64,000 nucleotides of DNA from Hormiphora californensis (lineage: Eukaryota; Animalia; Ctenophora): contig CM035359.1 of the NCBI GenBank assembly GCA_020137815.1, positions 1,550,001 to 1,614,000 on the forward strand, written 5' to 3'. A model generated the notes under the pieces. That model ran no database searches. It was not told where the DNA came from and worked only from the letters and a program-made list of their open reading frames with translations. The translations under genes and the position numbers were made by a program. Below, piece after piece: positions 1 to 62,370 of the stretch; position 1 is the first letter of the stretch; the number at the start of each line of letters is the position of its first letter.

Positions 1-3
1 AGC

Positions 4-54
<51 letters not shown>

Positions 55-127
55 CTGGAAGAGAGAGCGAGAAGAGGAGAGAGAGAGCGCGAGAGAGAGA
101 GTAGAGGAGAGAGGCGAGAGAGATAGT

Positions 128-159
<32 letters not shown>

Positions 160-333
160 CAGAGAGAGAGAGAGAGGCGAGAGGAGAGAAGATAGAGAGA
201 AGAGAGAGAGCGAAGCGAGAGAGAGCGAGAGCGAGAAGCAGACGAGAGAGAGAGCAAGGAGAGAGAGAGAGCGCGAGAGATAGAAGACGAGAGTAGAGCG
301 CAGAAGTCTACGCTCTATGCTAGATATCGATAC

Positions 334-408
<75 letters not shown>
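1..408. repeat. Degenerate (GA)n tract followed by a clean (CT)n microsatellite
   Basis: Seen directly: 1-~300 GA-rich with interruptions (possibly low-quality sequence), 335-408 pure (CT)n. Confidence 0.95.
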
Positions 409-412
<4 letters not shown>

Positions 413-2334
413 CTCTACTTCTACTAGTGATCTGTCATCGGTGAATCGCAGGTTTTGCCAGACTTTGCCCCCCCCCCCCCCCCCCTGAATTGGAAGACAG
501 AAAGTAAGGGAAAACAAGAGGCTGGTGCTGTTATATTTAGAAGATGGTGATAGTAGATATTTATTCCCAAAGCAAGTGTGATATTTTCAATCAATTTACA
601 TCTACAATACTAGTAGGCCCGTTCGCCCTACGGGCGAATTTCGGGGAAATGGTAGCTGGATAAGGAAACGCTGACATCACCTGCACCATCCGTTCCTAGC
701 CTATCTCTTACTTTCTCCCTACCCATGTTGTTGTACGCTCTGGGCTTCCTGACAATGTCAAGGTGCGAATTTAAGAGATCAATGTCATGGAGGTGCATTG
801 CTGTTCCAGAAACTCATCACGTGAAAACTTGGCCGCTATGTAGCCGATTCGGAGATTTCCATATTCGACTGGAGTAATCACCCTTGGGCGACGTTGGGTA
901 AAGCTATCCGTAGTCGTTGATTGGCTCGCTTGAACACGTTGGCGTAATCTGTCATAGTGTCATATTCTCTAGCCTGCTCCCTAACAGCAGCAGTTCTCCT
1001 GGACCTAGATAAACGTTGCCGAATAGCGCTTGGGGTGGAAGAGCTAGACATCAGGACAGAAGTAAAAGAATGCACGTGCAGAATTGAATTTCCCCTTGGT
1101 GCCCAACTGCAACCGGGAGAGAAATCTCCAGGTCCCTCTAATAATTGCACGTGCAAGTGTAGTTGCTAGGTGACCTCCGTTACACAATTTGCTTAGTAAG
1201 TAGTATGATGATATAGCTCTCGTTATTATAGTCACCCTTGATGACAGATTTCATCTGGTTTCAGCGTCCCTTTATCTCTCTCGAGTCAATTTCTCTCTAT
1301 ATGGCTTCGTCCTAACTAATTCTGTCTTCCTTCCTTCAATCTTGAAGCCGGGGACTTGAATAATAGTGGCGAGACCGAATTAACCTTCGCCTCCGGTCCG
1401 ATGAAACCTTAATACACCAACACTACTAACTTAGAGATTATTATATGCAGTCACACATGTTATAGTGGACAGAATAGGATAGAGAGAATTTACCCAGAGC
1501 GGGATAAGAATTCGAATTTTGGTACTGTCAACTAAGATTTTAAAGCAATGAATACATGCAGTAATCACACGTATTGCAGTCGTCACACGCTGTGCTGATT
1601 GCTGCAGCATGCTGTTAGCAGAAAGCGTGTTTAAAAGTTAAAACACGAGTTCACTAACTTCTAGACTGAGGAATATTTCGGAGAAAGTTGTTGAGTTTTT
1701 GGCTCCATGGAGAGATTCCATTCAAGTTGCTAACCGTGGTATTCCATGGGAAAAGTCTTTGGATATGAGATGCGAGAGAGTTTCTTATACGTCACCGTCT
1801 GAACACTCTGAACAAGGTCAATGTGAGAGTAGGTGAGGTCATGTTATACGAATTCCCTGCTGTCGATAGACGACTTAATATATCGGCCACACGGCAAAGG
1901 AACCGAAAAATAGAAGATGAATAAACGCCAAGAGGTGGGGAGATGTGTGGAAGAGAGATACAGTGGAAGAAAGAGAGAGAAAGAAAGGGATCTCCCGAAT
2001 GAAAGTCTACTGCACAGTACACACACATCACAGAAAGTTGACCATTGAGTACCTACAGTTCATTTGTTGCAGTGAACACGACACAAGTTAATTTCCAAGG
2101 TTCACATAGAGCTGGAGCCTATAACGCAGTAGCTGTAGTAACTTGATAGGTAATTGAGACGGTATATCAAATCACCCAGCACTCGATCCCAACAAGGATA
2201 GCATTGTTGTATCCGTTTCTGTGACTATTTATATGGCAGGACAGTGTCCTGTACAGTGGACAATGTTAGATTTTAGGACTAGGAATCAGCATGAGTCTGT
2301 CAACTGTCATCGAAACAATTTACACAAATAGTCA

Positions 2335-2893
2335 TTTTTTCCCCGCCCGGGTGAATGCCGAAGGCATTCACCCGGATGCCTTTTGCAAAAAGGCATAGGG
2401 GTTTAGAATTCGACAAGTTTACATACTAGTGAAGTGTCACGCTTTTTTTGTCCCGTGACGTAACCCATCCATAGCAACCATCCAGTGCAGAGTGCTCAAA
2501 ATATCATTTGAAATACTTCACACACGCTCTAATTCAAATTTTCCACGAAGGCGACGCCCGCAAAGTTATTACAGTGCTGAAATGACGCACTTTCATTAGA
2601 ACGCGCAGCCCGGCGCCGCGCGCCCCTTCCTGTTTGCAATTCATAACGTTCATCGTTCGTCATGTGTTCGTCATTACAATTGCGCTCTGGTATTGTCATT
2701 GATTACATGAGGTCAGTTGAGTGGAGATCACATAGACTAGAAAAGGAGCCTAATTAGGCAGCTCATCACCTGCACTGTTCTGTCTCACCTTTCAGAATCT
2801 CATTAGGTCATGGGTGATGGGATGTAATTAGGAGTGTCACATGCCAATGGCGGGGAAATACAGCACTATGGATACATAGTGCAAATATTCTTT
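2335..2893 (+). mobile_element. DINE-1/HINE-like non-autonomous Helentron derivative
   Basis: 5' TTTTCCCCGCCC subTIR followed by hairpin CCGGGTGAATGCC-GAA-GGCATTCACCCGG; 3' GGCGGGGAAA followed by stem-loop GCACTATG..CATAGTGC and a T-rich end. Same ends as the copies at 26681-27329 and 34230-34691. Confidence 0.65.
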
Positions 2894-3340
2894 TTATCCT
2901 TTTCATTGAACATCCACGGTAGTCCCATGCCCCCGGCCCCGATGGTATTTACGGCAACGATCCAGGATCGAGTATTATCATATTATGCAGATACACACCG
3001 CGCTGGTAGGTGGTGGAGAATTGTCCGGGTAGGAATCTGTTTGCTTAGCAGTAACGCGCGGAATGGTTGCTGTAATAAAAGCTACAAACAGCATTTGATA
3101 TCATCGCGCGCGCGGAGTGTGAGCTAGATTTAGAAGGCGCTGGTAAGCACTTCGGGGGTTTGTATACGACTTAGGAACACGACAATGGGGAAGTTATAAT
3201 AATTCTCCCTTTCTTTCACAGATAAATACGGATTTGAGTTGGAGACCACGGAGCGATTATGGGTGTTTATAGCAGAGTCGGGAGATGATAGGGAAAAATG
3301 GATTTCAAGTCTAAGAGAGGCGCAACAAACCTCTCGACGC

Positions 3341-22845
<19,505 letters not shown>

Positions 22846-23270
22846 TATTAATTAGATTAGTCACAGTGCTGATATTATAGCGTGTGCAATATGGGGCTAA
22901 GAAGGGTATAAATTTCTTGTTTTAATCTTGACTTGAGTAAATATACTCTTGTTTCAATTGCGAGATGGTATAACTAGTTTGATTTCTGATACATACTCAA
23001 AGCATGGCGAGTATAATTCTGATTAAAAGACACTCAAATAATGATACTGATAGATACATGAATCTCGAATTCTCGAAATTAAAAGATTTGTAAATATTTA
23101 TCGAGACACGGACGTAAAATAAGAAAGTATTAAAGATCGAATATATGAATTGTTTCCATTTGTACTCCAATTCTTTTACATTTTATATCATCTAGTCGTT
23201 TGATTCAACAAATGGAAGTTCAATGGGCAGGAATAGGTAGTTCGATAATTGATAATGGTCGTTATCTGCA

Positions 23271-23893
23271 GGCGCCGTTACGATCTGCTGTTTGCAGGTG
23301 CGTACTGCCAAAAAGTATCCTACACTAAAATGCCTCTAATCACCAAACCACTCAACCGTTTTGATGAGAGTGGGGCCATGCGAATGGTCTGACAGGTCAT
23401 ACATACACGAGAAGTGAGTGCGCGTAAAGTTTTTGCGCGTGTAACGCGCGCGCTAAATTGTTTAGAAACTCTCAGTGCACTGAGATTTAAATTTTCGGAT
23501 TTTAAAAAGTGCTTCCAAAAACAGGGCCAGCGTTAAAATCTGGGTGTTTTGGGAGTGCTGACAAACGTTTTTTTAGGGTTAAAGTGAAAGCGAAACAACA
23601 ACGAACTGGCTGCGCGTCGCGCATTCGTTGCGCATGACGATCTCACCGGTGAGATTCACATGCGCAACGTTGCACAACGCGCAGCCAGTTCGTTGTTGTT
23701 TCGCTTACACTTTAGGGCTAAAGTAGGGTTGGGGTTTGGGTTGGGGTTAGGCCTTGACATTCCCTACCCGATAAACTTTGAATCAGCCAAAACGGTTGAG
23801 TGGTTTGGCGGTTAGAGCCATTTTAGTCAATCAACTTTTTTGGCAGCGCGCACCTGTAAATAGGCGTCCAAACACCCAGATCGTAACGGCGCC
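23271..23893. mobile_element. MITE with internal palindromes
   Basis: TIR GGCGCCGTTACGATCTG; internal inverted pair ~23581-23616 vs ~23678-23713. Confidence 0.75.
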
Positions 23894-26680
23894 CCAAAAA
23901 CAGCATCTGCACGCATTCCAACAAAAAAAAGTTGGAAATCGTGCAGATGATCCATGCGTTCTGAGCTGATATTGGTCTACCTGACGTGAATCTATTACAT
24001 ATTGCCCGCTCTAAAAGTGCAGTTTATTACACTTCCAGTATAACACTTAAGAATAGAGATATTTGTCATTTGGCCACCGATTGTCTGCATATAAGTAAGG
24101 ACAGTATGAGAAATTAAGCTACACTGATTCTACAGCATGTTATACCAACTAAAACATCAGGTTCAAAATTCAAATATTGATCAAATATTGATCAAATATT
24201 GATCAAATATTGATCGCAGACTGGCTGAGAGAGGCTGAAGAAAGAAGAGTGAAGACCATACACTCCGTTTTAAACGTTTTTCTCGATAAAAAACTATGCC
24301 TTGTATGTCCAGACAATAATATCCACCGAAACAAACTCTGTATCGAAATACACACTCTCAAGGACTGCATGTTTGAAGGACAGCTAATTTATTTATTTAT
24401 TGTTTGCATTATTTGTACAGTTTGTTTGACTTTGGTGGTCTGTCGGTGGGTTGATTAGTTGGTCTATTTATTTGTCGGTGGGTTGATTTGTTGGTCTATT
24501 TATTTGTCCAGATGTTCTAGTAACAGTGCTGCTTGTAGTCAAAATACCGTAATGAAAATACAGTAAGGAGACGCGCACGGTGCATAACGCACAGCAAAAA
24601 GTTCATGTGTCAGCACGTACTAGCGCCCTGATTGGTCACGGTTGCGCGTCGTCTTACTGTATCTTTCGTTTTTCATTACCGTTTTCCCACTACAAGCGAC
24701 CGTGTAACTGTTATGATCGTGTTTTGAATGTTCGTGGTATATGTTCGTGTTTTGTATGTTCGTGTTTTGTATGTTCGTGTTTATGTTCGTGTTTGTATGT
24801 TCGTGTTTTGTTATGCTCGTGTTTTGTATCTGTACCACTTTTGAAAGTGAGAGAGTATGTCAAGCGTAGGCTGTTGGTGCGTGCTCCATTATTTTACACT
24901 ATAAAGTGGTATATATAAATGATTATATTACATTTACATTTACATTTACAAACTTGCATATATGACAACAAGAAGCCTTTAGTTTTCCGCTTTCGAACTC
25001 AACATGTAAAAAAATGGCAAAAATGTGGTCCAATTTATCTGACTTTTGAGACAACTTTGAACCGCTACTCCACTGCACTGCTCAAAGTACAAGACCCATG
25101 TTCAGTTTCATTGCGACTTTTTAGCTCTGTCATCCTAATTTCAACTGGAACAATATCACCTGGAGTTACCTTCTTTTTAAACCGTAAAAACTCCACTATA
25201 TCATCGTAAAGAATCAGTATGGGGTTGATGATGGAGTTGCAGGGTAGGAAGAAGATGGAGAAGTACCGGTACATGTGAGAGAAGTCAGAGTATTCGGTGT
25301 AGTGTATCATGCAGACGATAATGAAAGGAATCCAAGTAAAGATGTCCGTGGTCACGATTACTGAAACTTTTCGCTGCAGTTTCCTATTCCTTTTCATCAG
25401 GGCGACATTCGCATTTTCCCTTCCTGCCGCATCGCTAGATTTTAACGTAACAATGTTGATCACCAGATAACACAAAGCGATCACGATAACACACGTCAGA
25501 TTACTCACATGGACCGCTCCTACGTACCAAATCTGGGGATTGTCAGTCCGAACGAAGAAGTTGAAAAGACAGATCCCACTGGTTGCGTAGAAACTCAGAC
25601 TTTTGACCCTTGGAGCGGTATCATTGTACATGTCCTGCACGAGGTATCGCAAATTTTCCCAATCCATCTCCTGGCTGCGTCCTCTCGCCGATCGAATCCG
25701 TCCGTAGTACCCTTGAAGAAATGTCACACTTGCATCTTTGTCGACTGACCCAACGAAGTATTTGCTGTTTTCATATACTACACTTTTCACAAAGAAATCC
25801 TCCAACGTTGAGAAAACTGGAAGAGCAGCGATGAAACTCGCCATAACCGTTATCAAAAATGTCGCAGAGGCAAGCTTTACGAGATATTTCCGCTCCAGGT
25901 CAGTTTTTTGGGAAATTTGTGCGCTCAATATACCTTTCAACCTTATAAGACTCAAGAGGGACATCGAGTAGAGAGAGATGAGCGAGCCAACAGTGGACAG
26001 AATACCAAGCAAGGGACAAAATGGCTTCGTAAGCCATTCAAACTGGGATTGGCAGGTGCTCTTGTTGAAAAAAGTGTCTCCAACAGCTGCACTGAGGAGA
26101 AAAAGTCCCTGTAACAGGTCTCCAAATGATATAACTGAAATAAAAGCTTTGTTGGTTCTACCACGGTTTGTTTCTAGTTCAAAGAACTCATTTAAGCCCT
26201 GTGCTAGGACAACGATGTTTAGAACCACTGCTACAATTCCGAGGACCCACGCAGAAACTTTCAAAAAATAACTAGGGAGAATCTTGACTGTAGTGGTACA
26301 GTCCTCGTTGCATTCATCAGAAAAGTCCTGGCAGTCAAAAATGCCGTCACACCTCCTAGACTTAGCAACAAACTCTCTGGTATTTGTGCATCGAAAGTTG
26401 TTCTCACAACTTATCTCATCACTCTGGTCTCCGCAATCGTCCACAAGATCGCACACCGCGGAGTATGGTACACAGCGGAGGTTGGAACACCCAAAAATGC
26501 TGTTTGTGAATGTCCCGTTCGGGCCTTGCACAACTCTAGTCAGCTGGTGGTCAGTATCAATTGTAAGGAACCTTTGGGATACGGAGTGTGATGAAGCACA
26601 CGAACCCTCCAGAAGTGGTTTCAGCGGGCAGGAGACAGTGCAAACGCCCGTGCAAGATAGGTAGACGTACAGCTCTCCAA

Positions 26681-27329
26681 CAAGAATTATTGCATTATGT
26701 ATTCATAATGCGGTGTTTCCCTGCCCCAGATGGGTGTAAAATTGATGACTAAGCTTCAAAACTTGATTTCCCGATGAATTTTGCACTCAAAGAGCAATTT
26801 TTGGCTGATACGATGTTAGTTGTTATGGTATCCAGGGTGGTTGCTATGGTAACCAAGGCAGTTGCTATGGTAACCAAGGCAGTTGCTATGATAACCAAGA
26901 CAGTTATTTAGGAGACCCTAGTTGGTTACCAAGTGCTTCAACTTTATATTACCCTCATCTTAACTCCAGTCACTTACAATTATTGTGTGATAGTAGTTTC
27001 ATGCTTAGAAGACTTGCTACCACGTCATGGTACGGCTGTAGGGTACCCAAAGTGATTTCAGGTGAAAGTAGGAAGTGTTATTAGTGAGTAATTGCGCGCC
27101 ACAATGCATGTTAATCATTTCCTTTGTTGCATCAACAAAGTGTGAGCTGAAAGTTTTATGAAGGAGCAGACTTTGTTACTATGCGTAACGGTGGACGGAC
27201 GGACGGACGGACATTTAGTTAACTCCACGATCTGCTGATTTCTAAACCCTGAATGATCTTTTTAGCACGTGCGTGCTAAAAACATCATCCCGGGTGAATG
27301 CCCTTCGGGCATTCACCCGGGCAGGGAAA
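26681..27329 (-). mobile_element. DINE-1/HINE-like Helentron derivative inserted in the GPCR exon
   Basis: subTIRs TTTCCCTGCCC/GGGCAGGGAAA, 5' hairpin, (GTCC)n microsatellite (27194-27212), 3' stem-loop GCATTATG..CATAATGC, end CTTG(TT). Sits in a T-run with no TSD. Confidence 0.8.
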
Positions 27330-27683
27330 AAATATCTTCACACGACTGTTGGCTTATCATTGGTAAGATCAGCTGAGTATTCATGGTATAGAGTGCTTTG
27401 GGGCCGATGTAAAATTCCATCTCCTTACACGCTCTTATGTGCTGGGAAAGGCTCTGTAGTCCCGGGAGACAATACATTAAATTCTTTTTATATCCTAATT
27501 CAGTTGTCCATACCTCGGCTCCAAGCTTATCGTTTCTCCTGGAGATCAAGCAGAGCGTATTGTCGCAGTAGTTTGTGTCCGTACAGGCTACATCGGATTT
27601 CAGTAAAGCGGTAGGATGACCAGGACATTTTAGCAATACCATCCCAAGGCAAGATGACGGACTAAGAGACTTGAGTTGTAATG

Positions 27684-28658
27684 TACGGTGGCAGATTCCG
27701 GCCAAGTGTTTTTTTAGTCAAGTGAAATATTTTTGCTTGAAGTTTTATAAAAAATTTATTTCAAAATAAAAATAAACATGTCGTTAAAATTATTGGCCGG
27801 AATCTGCCACGCGAGTGGCAGATCTCGGCCAAGATTCTAAAAAAACCTTGGCCAGAATCTGCCAACCACGTGGCAGATTCCGGCCAACAAACTGAAACTT
27901 ACTTATATCAAAGCGAAAACCGCTGTACCCGACTAATTTTGATACGCTGAATCACGTGAGCAACTCTTCCAATCCCTCAGAGGTCGGGAAAGTGTCCTAA
28001 TTGAGCATAATAGGGTCTAATTGACCCCACTTACAACTTTTCACCTGGAAACGATAGACGCTTATGTGAAGGCACTTTTCCGACTAATTTTGATAAGCTG
28101 AATCACGTAAGCTATTTTTCAAAGCCCCCCGAGGTCGGGAAAGTGCCCTAATTGAGCAATTAAGGCCAATTAGACCTAATTATACTTAATTAGGCCAAAT
28201 TCCCGACCTCGGAGGGCTTGGAAAAGTTGCTTACGTGATTCAGCGTATCAAAATTAGTCGGAAAAGTGCCTTCACATAAGCGTCTATCGTTTCCAGGTGA
28301 AAAGTTGTAAGTGGGGTCAATTAGACCCTATTATGCTCAATTAGGACACTTTCCCGACCTCTGAGGGATTGGAAAAGTTGCTTACGTGATTCAGCGTATC
28401 AAAATTAGTCGGGTACAGCGGTTTTCGCTTTGATATAAGTAAGTTTCAGTTTGTTGGCCGGAATCTGCCACGTGGTTGGCAGATTCTGGCCAAGGTTTTT
28501 TTAGAATTTTGGCCGAGATCTGCCACTCGCGTGGCAGATTCCGGCCAATAATTTTAACGACATGTTTATTTTTATTTTGAAATAAAATTTTTATAAAACT
28601 TCAAACAAAAATATTTCACTTGATTGAAAAAAACTCTTGGCCGGAATCTGCCACCGTA
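27684..28658. mobile_element. Foldback non-autonomous DNA transposon (975 bp)
   Basis: ~455-bp near-perfect inverted arms with ends TACGGTGGCAG/CTGCCACCGTA; 6-bp direct repeat GTAATG at 27678-27683 and 28659-28664. Confidence 0.9.
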
Positions 28659-30188
28659 GTAATGTCCCAAGGCCACACTTCGTGTACCATTTTCTATTAT
28701 TTTCATCATCGCCATTTTCACAGTCCTCGATACCATCTCCGATCCAGTTGTCCGGGATTTTAAGAGGCATCCTATCTCGAGCCATGTACTTTCTAATGCA
28801 TGTGAAGTTTTCCACCATATAACTACACGTACTCCCACTCTCATCCGCCCCACCGGCACAATCTTCCTGGCCGTTGCAGAGGAGGTGTTTGTGAAGAGTA
28901 CACCCCCATCCCGGTCGTGGACACACCTTATCAATACCATCATCACACAACTGTTTGTGCTTTGTTATCGACCCGCAAACCATTCGCTTGGAAATGGTGG
29001 TCGGATACCCATTTACATTGCAAACTAAAGGAGAGCTAGCTGGTGAATCAGGTTCAGCTTTTGTCGAGCAGTTCATCTGGTCACGGTAGTTACTACAAAC
29101 GAGGTTAGATTCTTTATAACTATCTACAGGCCCACACATGTTATCCTCGGTGAGTATTCGCCAATGCGCCATGGTGATAAAATTTGAGTACGGGCAAATG
29201 TCAATTTGCTGTGATTTACATGATTCCTCATCTCTATTATCAAAACAGTTTTTGACCCCATCACAAACGTACGTCGGTTTTATATACACTTTGGAACCTG
29301 ACCGAGATTTGCAAAAAATACCAATCGTCCGACCGTAGCAGTTAGCTTCGTCGGAACACGAGTCGCAATAACACTTTTCATCGCAATAGCTCCCCGCACT
29401 AACAATATACTCTTCGTTAAGCCCCATTCTCCAGTCTCTTATACATCGCCTCGGGGTATTCCACTCACTATACTCACACCCATACTCGTCGACAGGGATG
29501 CCTCCGATGGTGTTTAAACAGTTTGCTATGCTATTACACTGAAAAACACGGCTAGTGCTGGAACCATATGAACTGCGAATGAAATCCGAAGGGACTTTCA
29601 ATACACACGGACGGGCCAGACACACTGCTTCATTTTCTTGTAAGGCTGCCCCGTAGACAATGTCCTTGTTACACTTGTTACTACCGCACATCTGGTAGGA
29701 CGACGGATCATCTGGACAGATGATGGACAGCTCTGCATCTGCATTACAATGTTTGTTATAAACCCAATAAAACAAGTTCTTAGTCGGTTCACTGAACGGA
29801 CACCGAGTCGCCTTTCTGCCATGCACAATGCACTGCTCTCGGAGGTAATTCGTGTCATCGGCGATGATGGTGCATTTCGAAGACGGTGAGCCGGTTAAGT
29901 TTTTCCGATCATAAATATCGGTATGCTGGTTTATTCCCCATTCCGTTCCATCTTTGTACCATGCATCTGAGGAGATTTATGTCTCCTTATGATTCGATAT
30001 AAAGGCTATTTGACTCGGTTGTGTTTCACAATAATTGTCAATCAATTATTGATCAATTATTGATGACGACAATTACAATTATCTGTATTGTATGATGCCT
30101 CCGTCGAACAAAGTAGAAAGAAAGTTAGTATGATGGCCATTAAGAGACAACACCAATTGCTACAAAGACTTATTAAAGACTAATATTA

Positions 30189-30474
30189 CACGGCGTCATA
30201 CACATTTTTATTTGGAATTTCTATCTGGGATTTCTATTTGGAATTTCTATCTGGAAGAACCGCACGTGCAGATGCGCCGCGCCGCGGCTTAAATTCACGT
30301 GCGAGATTAAAGAGAGAGACGCACATTAACGTTGTACGTTTGTCTCTCACTCTCTCTTGAAAACCCGCACGTGCAGATGCGCCGCGCCGCGGCTCAAATT
30401 CACGTGCGTGTTATACAGATTCTGACAGAAAATACGAGCACAAAATTCCATATAAAAATGTGTATGACGGACTG
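30189..30474. mobile_element. MITE (CGTCATACACATTT TIR family)
   Basis: Imperfect TIRs with TA flanks; inverted relative at 50438-50724. Confidence 0.8.
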
Positions 30475-30818
30475 TAAGTTAAGAATTATCTGCATTATAT
30501 AGGTGGTTTGTTTTGTTTTATTTCAAACTCAGAGCGAATGCAAAGTTGTGAAATTAAAGATTTCTCGGACCAATCATAATGCAGCTCGTCAAACTAAAAT
30601 CAAGTACAATTGAATAAATTCTTCTTTATTTATATTTTTCAAATATATATGAAGAAATAAGAAATTGCAATTTTATTTGAGCTCCTAGTTAAAAGATATC
30701 TAGCGTTAAGAAATTCGTCTTGTATCTCATATAGTAACGCATATTTAATATGCACAAATTATATGTGCTATTTATAGTACAGTTGGACCCCGATTTAAAG
30801 GCACCCCGATTTGTTGTA

Positions 30819-30993
30819 CAGTCGGACCCCGATTTACCGGGCCCCGATTTACCGGAACCCCGATTTACCGGGAGCATAATCTTCCCCCGAAATAGGAAAT
30901 TAACAGTATTTGACCCCGATATAATACCGGGCACCCCGATTTACCGGGCAAAACCCTTTCCCCCGAGCATCCCGGTAAATCGGGGTCCGACTG
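30819..30993. mobile_element. Short CAGTCGGACCCCGA-family MITE
   Basis: Same TIR and TA flanks as 4662-5523; further short relatives at ~46874-47120. Confidence 0.85.
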
Positions 30994-31151
30994 TATTTCC
31001 ATTACAGATTTCTAAACCCCTACAATGCCTTTTTGCAAAAAGACATCCGGCTAAATGCCGTCGTCATTCACCCCGCACCCGGGCGGGAAAAAAAGTTTAG
31101 CACGTGCGTGCTAAAGATCAAATCAGGGGCTGCCTCCGGTACCATAATAAT

Positions 31152-31260
31152 TAGGAACCGACCGAATCAGGAAACACTGGTCCCTGATAGGCTGATAACC
31201 AGTCACGTGACCTAAATAACGAGTTCTGATTGGTTGTTTACTTATTTCGGTCGGTTCCTG
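31152..31260 (+). mobile_element. hAT-like MITE
   Basis: 8-bp TSD ATAATAAT. Confidence 0.9.
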
Positions 31261-31296
31261 ATAATAATGCTTTTTTTCTCAAATTTTCTGCAGCTA

Positions 31297-60876
<29,580 letters not shown>

Positions 60877-62370
60877 ATTTTGGTATGAAGAACCCGGTGA
60901 GACAGGATCGAGCAAGGGCAAAAGAATGCTATTTTGGTCCCCTTGGACCTTCTCCCCAGACTTGGAACCCCCTACCATCTTACAGCTATACCATTTCATT
61001 TTCAGGGAATTTTGTTCGGGGGAAGCTGCTAATAATAAATAATGGAAGAGTCCATTGTAAGTACATTTGGATCACTCACGAACACTGTACTGGATCACTC
61101 ATAGACACTGTACTGGATCACCCATGAACACTGGAAGAGCTTATGATATTATATATTCAAGTTGTTTACGGTATCCCCTGTCTTCTCTCCTAATTATATC
61201 TTCCAATTATGTACCTGCAGTACACTTAGAAGATCGTGTACATTGTACATGTATTATATTAATATGTACGGGGTATGCCGTACTCAATATCTTTCACCAA
61301 CTAATTTACTTTACCTTCTAAACTCCAAAAAAAGGTTTCATAAAATTGTTCACCAAATATGAGTGGATTACGAGGTCGGAACAATCGCGTTGGTAGATTG
61401 AGTCGGTAAAAATAAAGTGGGGGCTGTGCGAAATACGAAATGCGTACTTCCAAAAGCGTCTGGACACGGTGATACGGCGCGGACTGATTTTAGAAATGGG
61501 GGCTGCGTGAAATGTATACTTTACTACAACTTTCAAAAGCGCCTGAACATGTCCCCCCCTCCCGTCGTCCAAAACACGGGCCGGGCTGATTTTCTACCCA
61601 ATCAATCAATAGCCAGCGTGATGAACCCTCGAGGGCCCACTACCGTAATCCGCTCTCTGACGGTCACGTCTGGGGTAAAAACGTTGCAGTCCTTTTTGGG
61701 ACTGAGCTAATTAGTGTGGTTAGACTGTCTCGACCGAGAAGCGAGGAAGCTATCTAACCATCCACAAAGTCTGAGCAAATCAGAGTAAAGGCAATTTTAG
61801 TGGTGTAACTGGTGAATATATAAAGGAGTAAGACCTGGATTTTCATGGGAAACAGTTTATTCAGAACAAAATAAGTTAGTTTTGAAATCTGGAGTCGCTA
61901 TGTATTATGTGTTTCTGTGAAGTTCAAAACGTTCGATACATATATTAGATTGCCAGACAAGGTCAAAAAGACAAGCTAATACATCGGATTAATCTGATAA
62001 TAGTGGCAGTTTTCTAAATGATAAAAAAATACAAATTATTTATTACTAAAAGATAAAAGATACCTAAATTGGTATAACTGACAACAGATAGAAGTTAAAA
62101 TTGCAGTAAAACCTCGATTTACCATGAACATCGCTATAATGCCAAACATATCTCAACAATTTATGGAAAAATAAGTCACAAAGGTCTTTCTGAACTTTCG
62201 GGTACCAGCTACGCTTTTCCATCCAGTCATTGAGTAAATCGAGATTTTACTGTGCTTGAATTAAAAATCTATCACTTCAAAAATTCCTGTATTTCATTTA
62301 CATTGTAAATAAATTACAGAAATTTACAAAAATTGAATATAACTGATGAGAGCCCCACAATGAAAACAAA

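Larger units (their letters stand above)
25065..30140 (-). pseudogene. LDL-receptor class A repeat-containing GPCR (GRL101-like), coding exon split by two TE insertions
   Basis: Putative signal-peptide exon 30140-30077 (MAIILTFFLLCSTEA), then a long exon from 29966: Cys-rich LDLa repeats (CDGVKNCFDNRDEESC, CDLVDDCGDQSDEISC) and 7TM ending CNSIINPILI, stop at 25065. The frame is restored by removing 27684-28658 (plus one TSD) and ~26681-27329. Confidence 0.85.

Noticed and set aside
600-2030. Coding-like stretches (ORFs at 878-1235; exon-like 1665-1832)
   Set aside because: No recognisable domain and no phase-consistent link to neighbouring exons.
26681-28658. The TEs in the GPCR as introner-type spliced introns
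   Set aside because: Candidate donors (GG|GTGAAT, CG|GTGGCA) and nearby AGs do not restore the frame. Not supported without RNA data.
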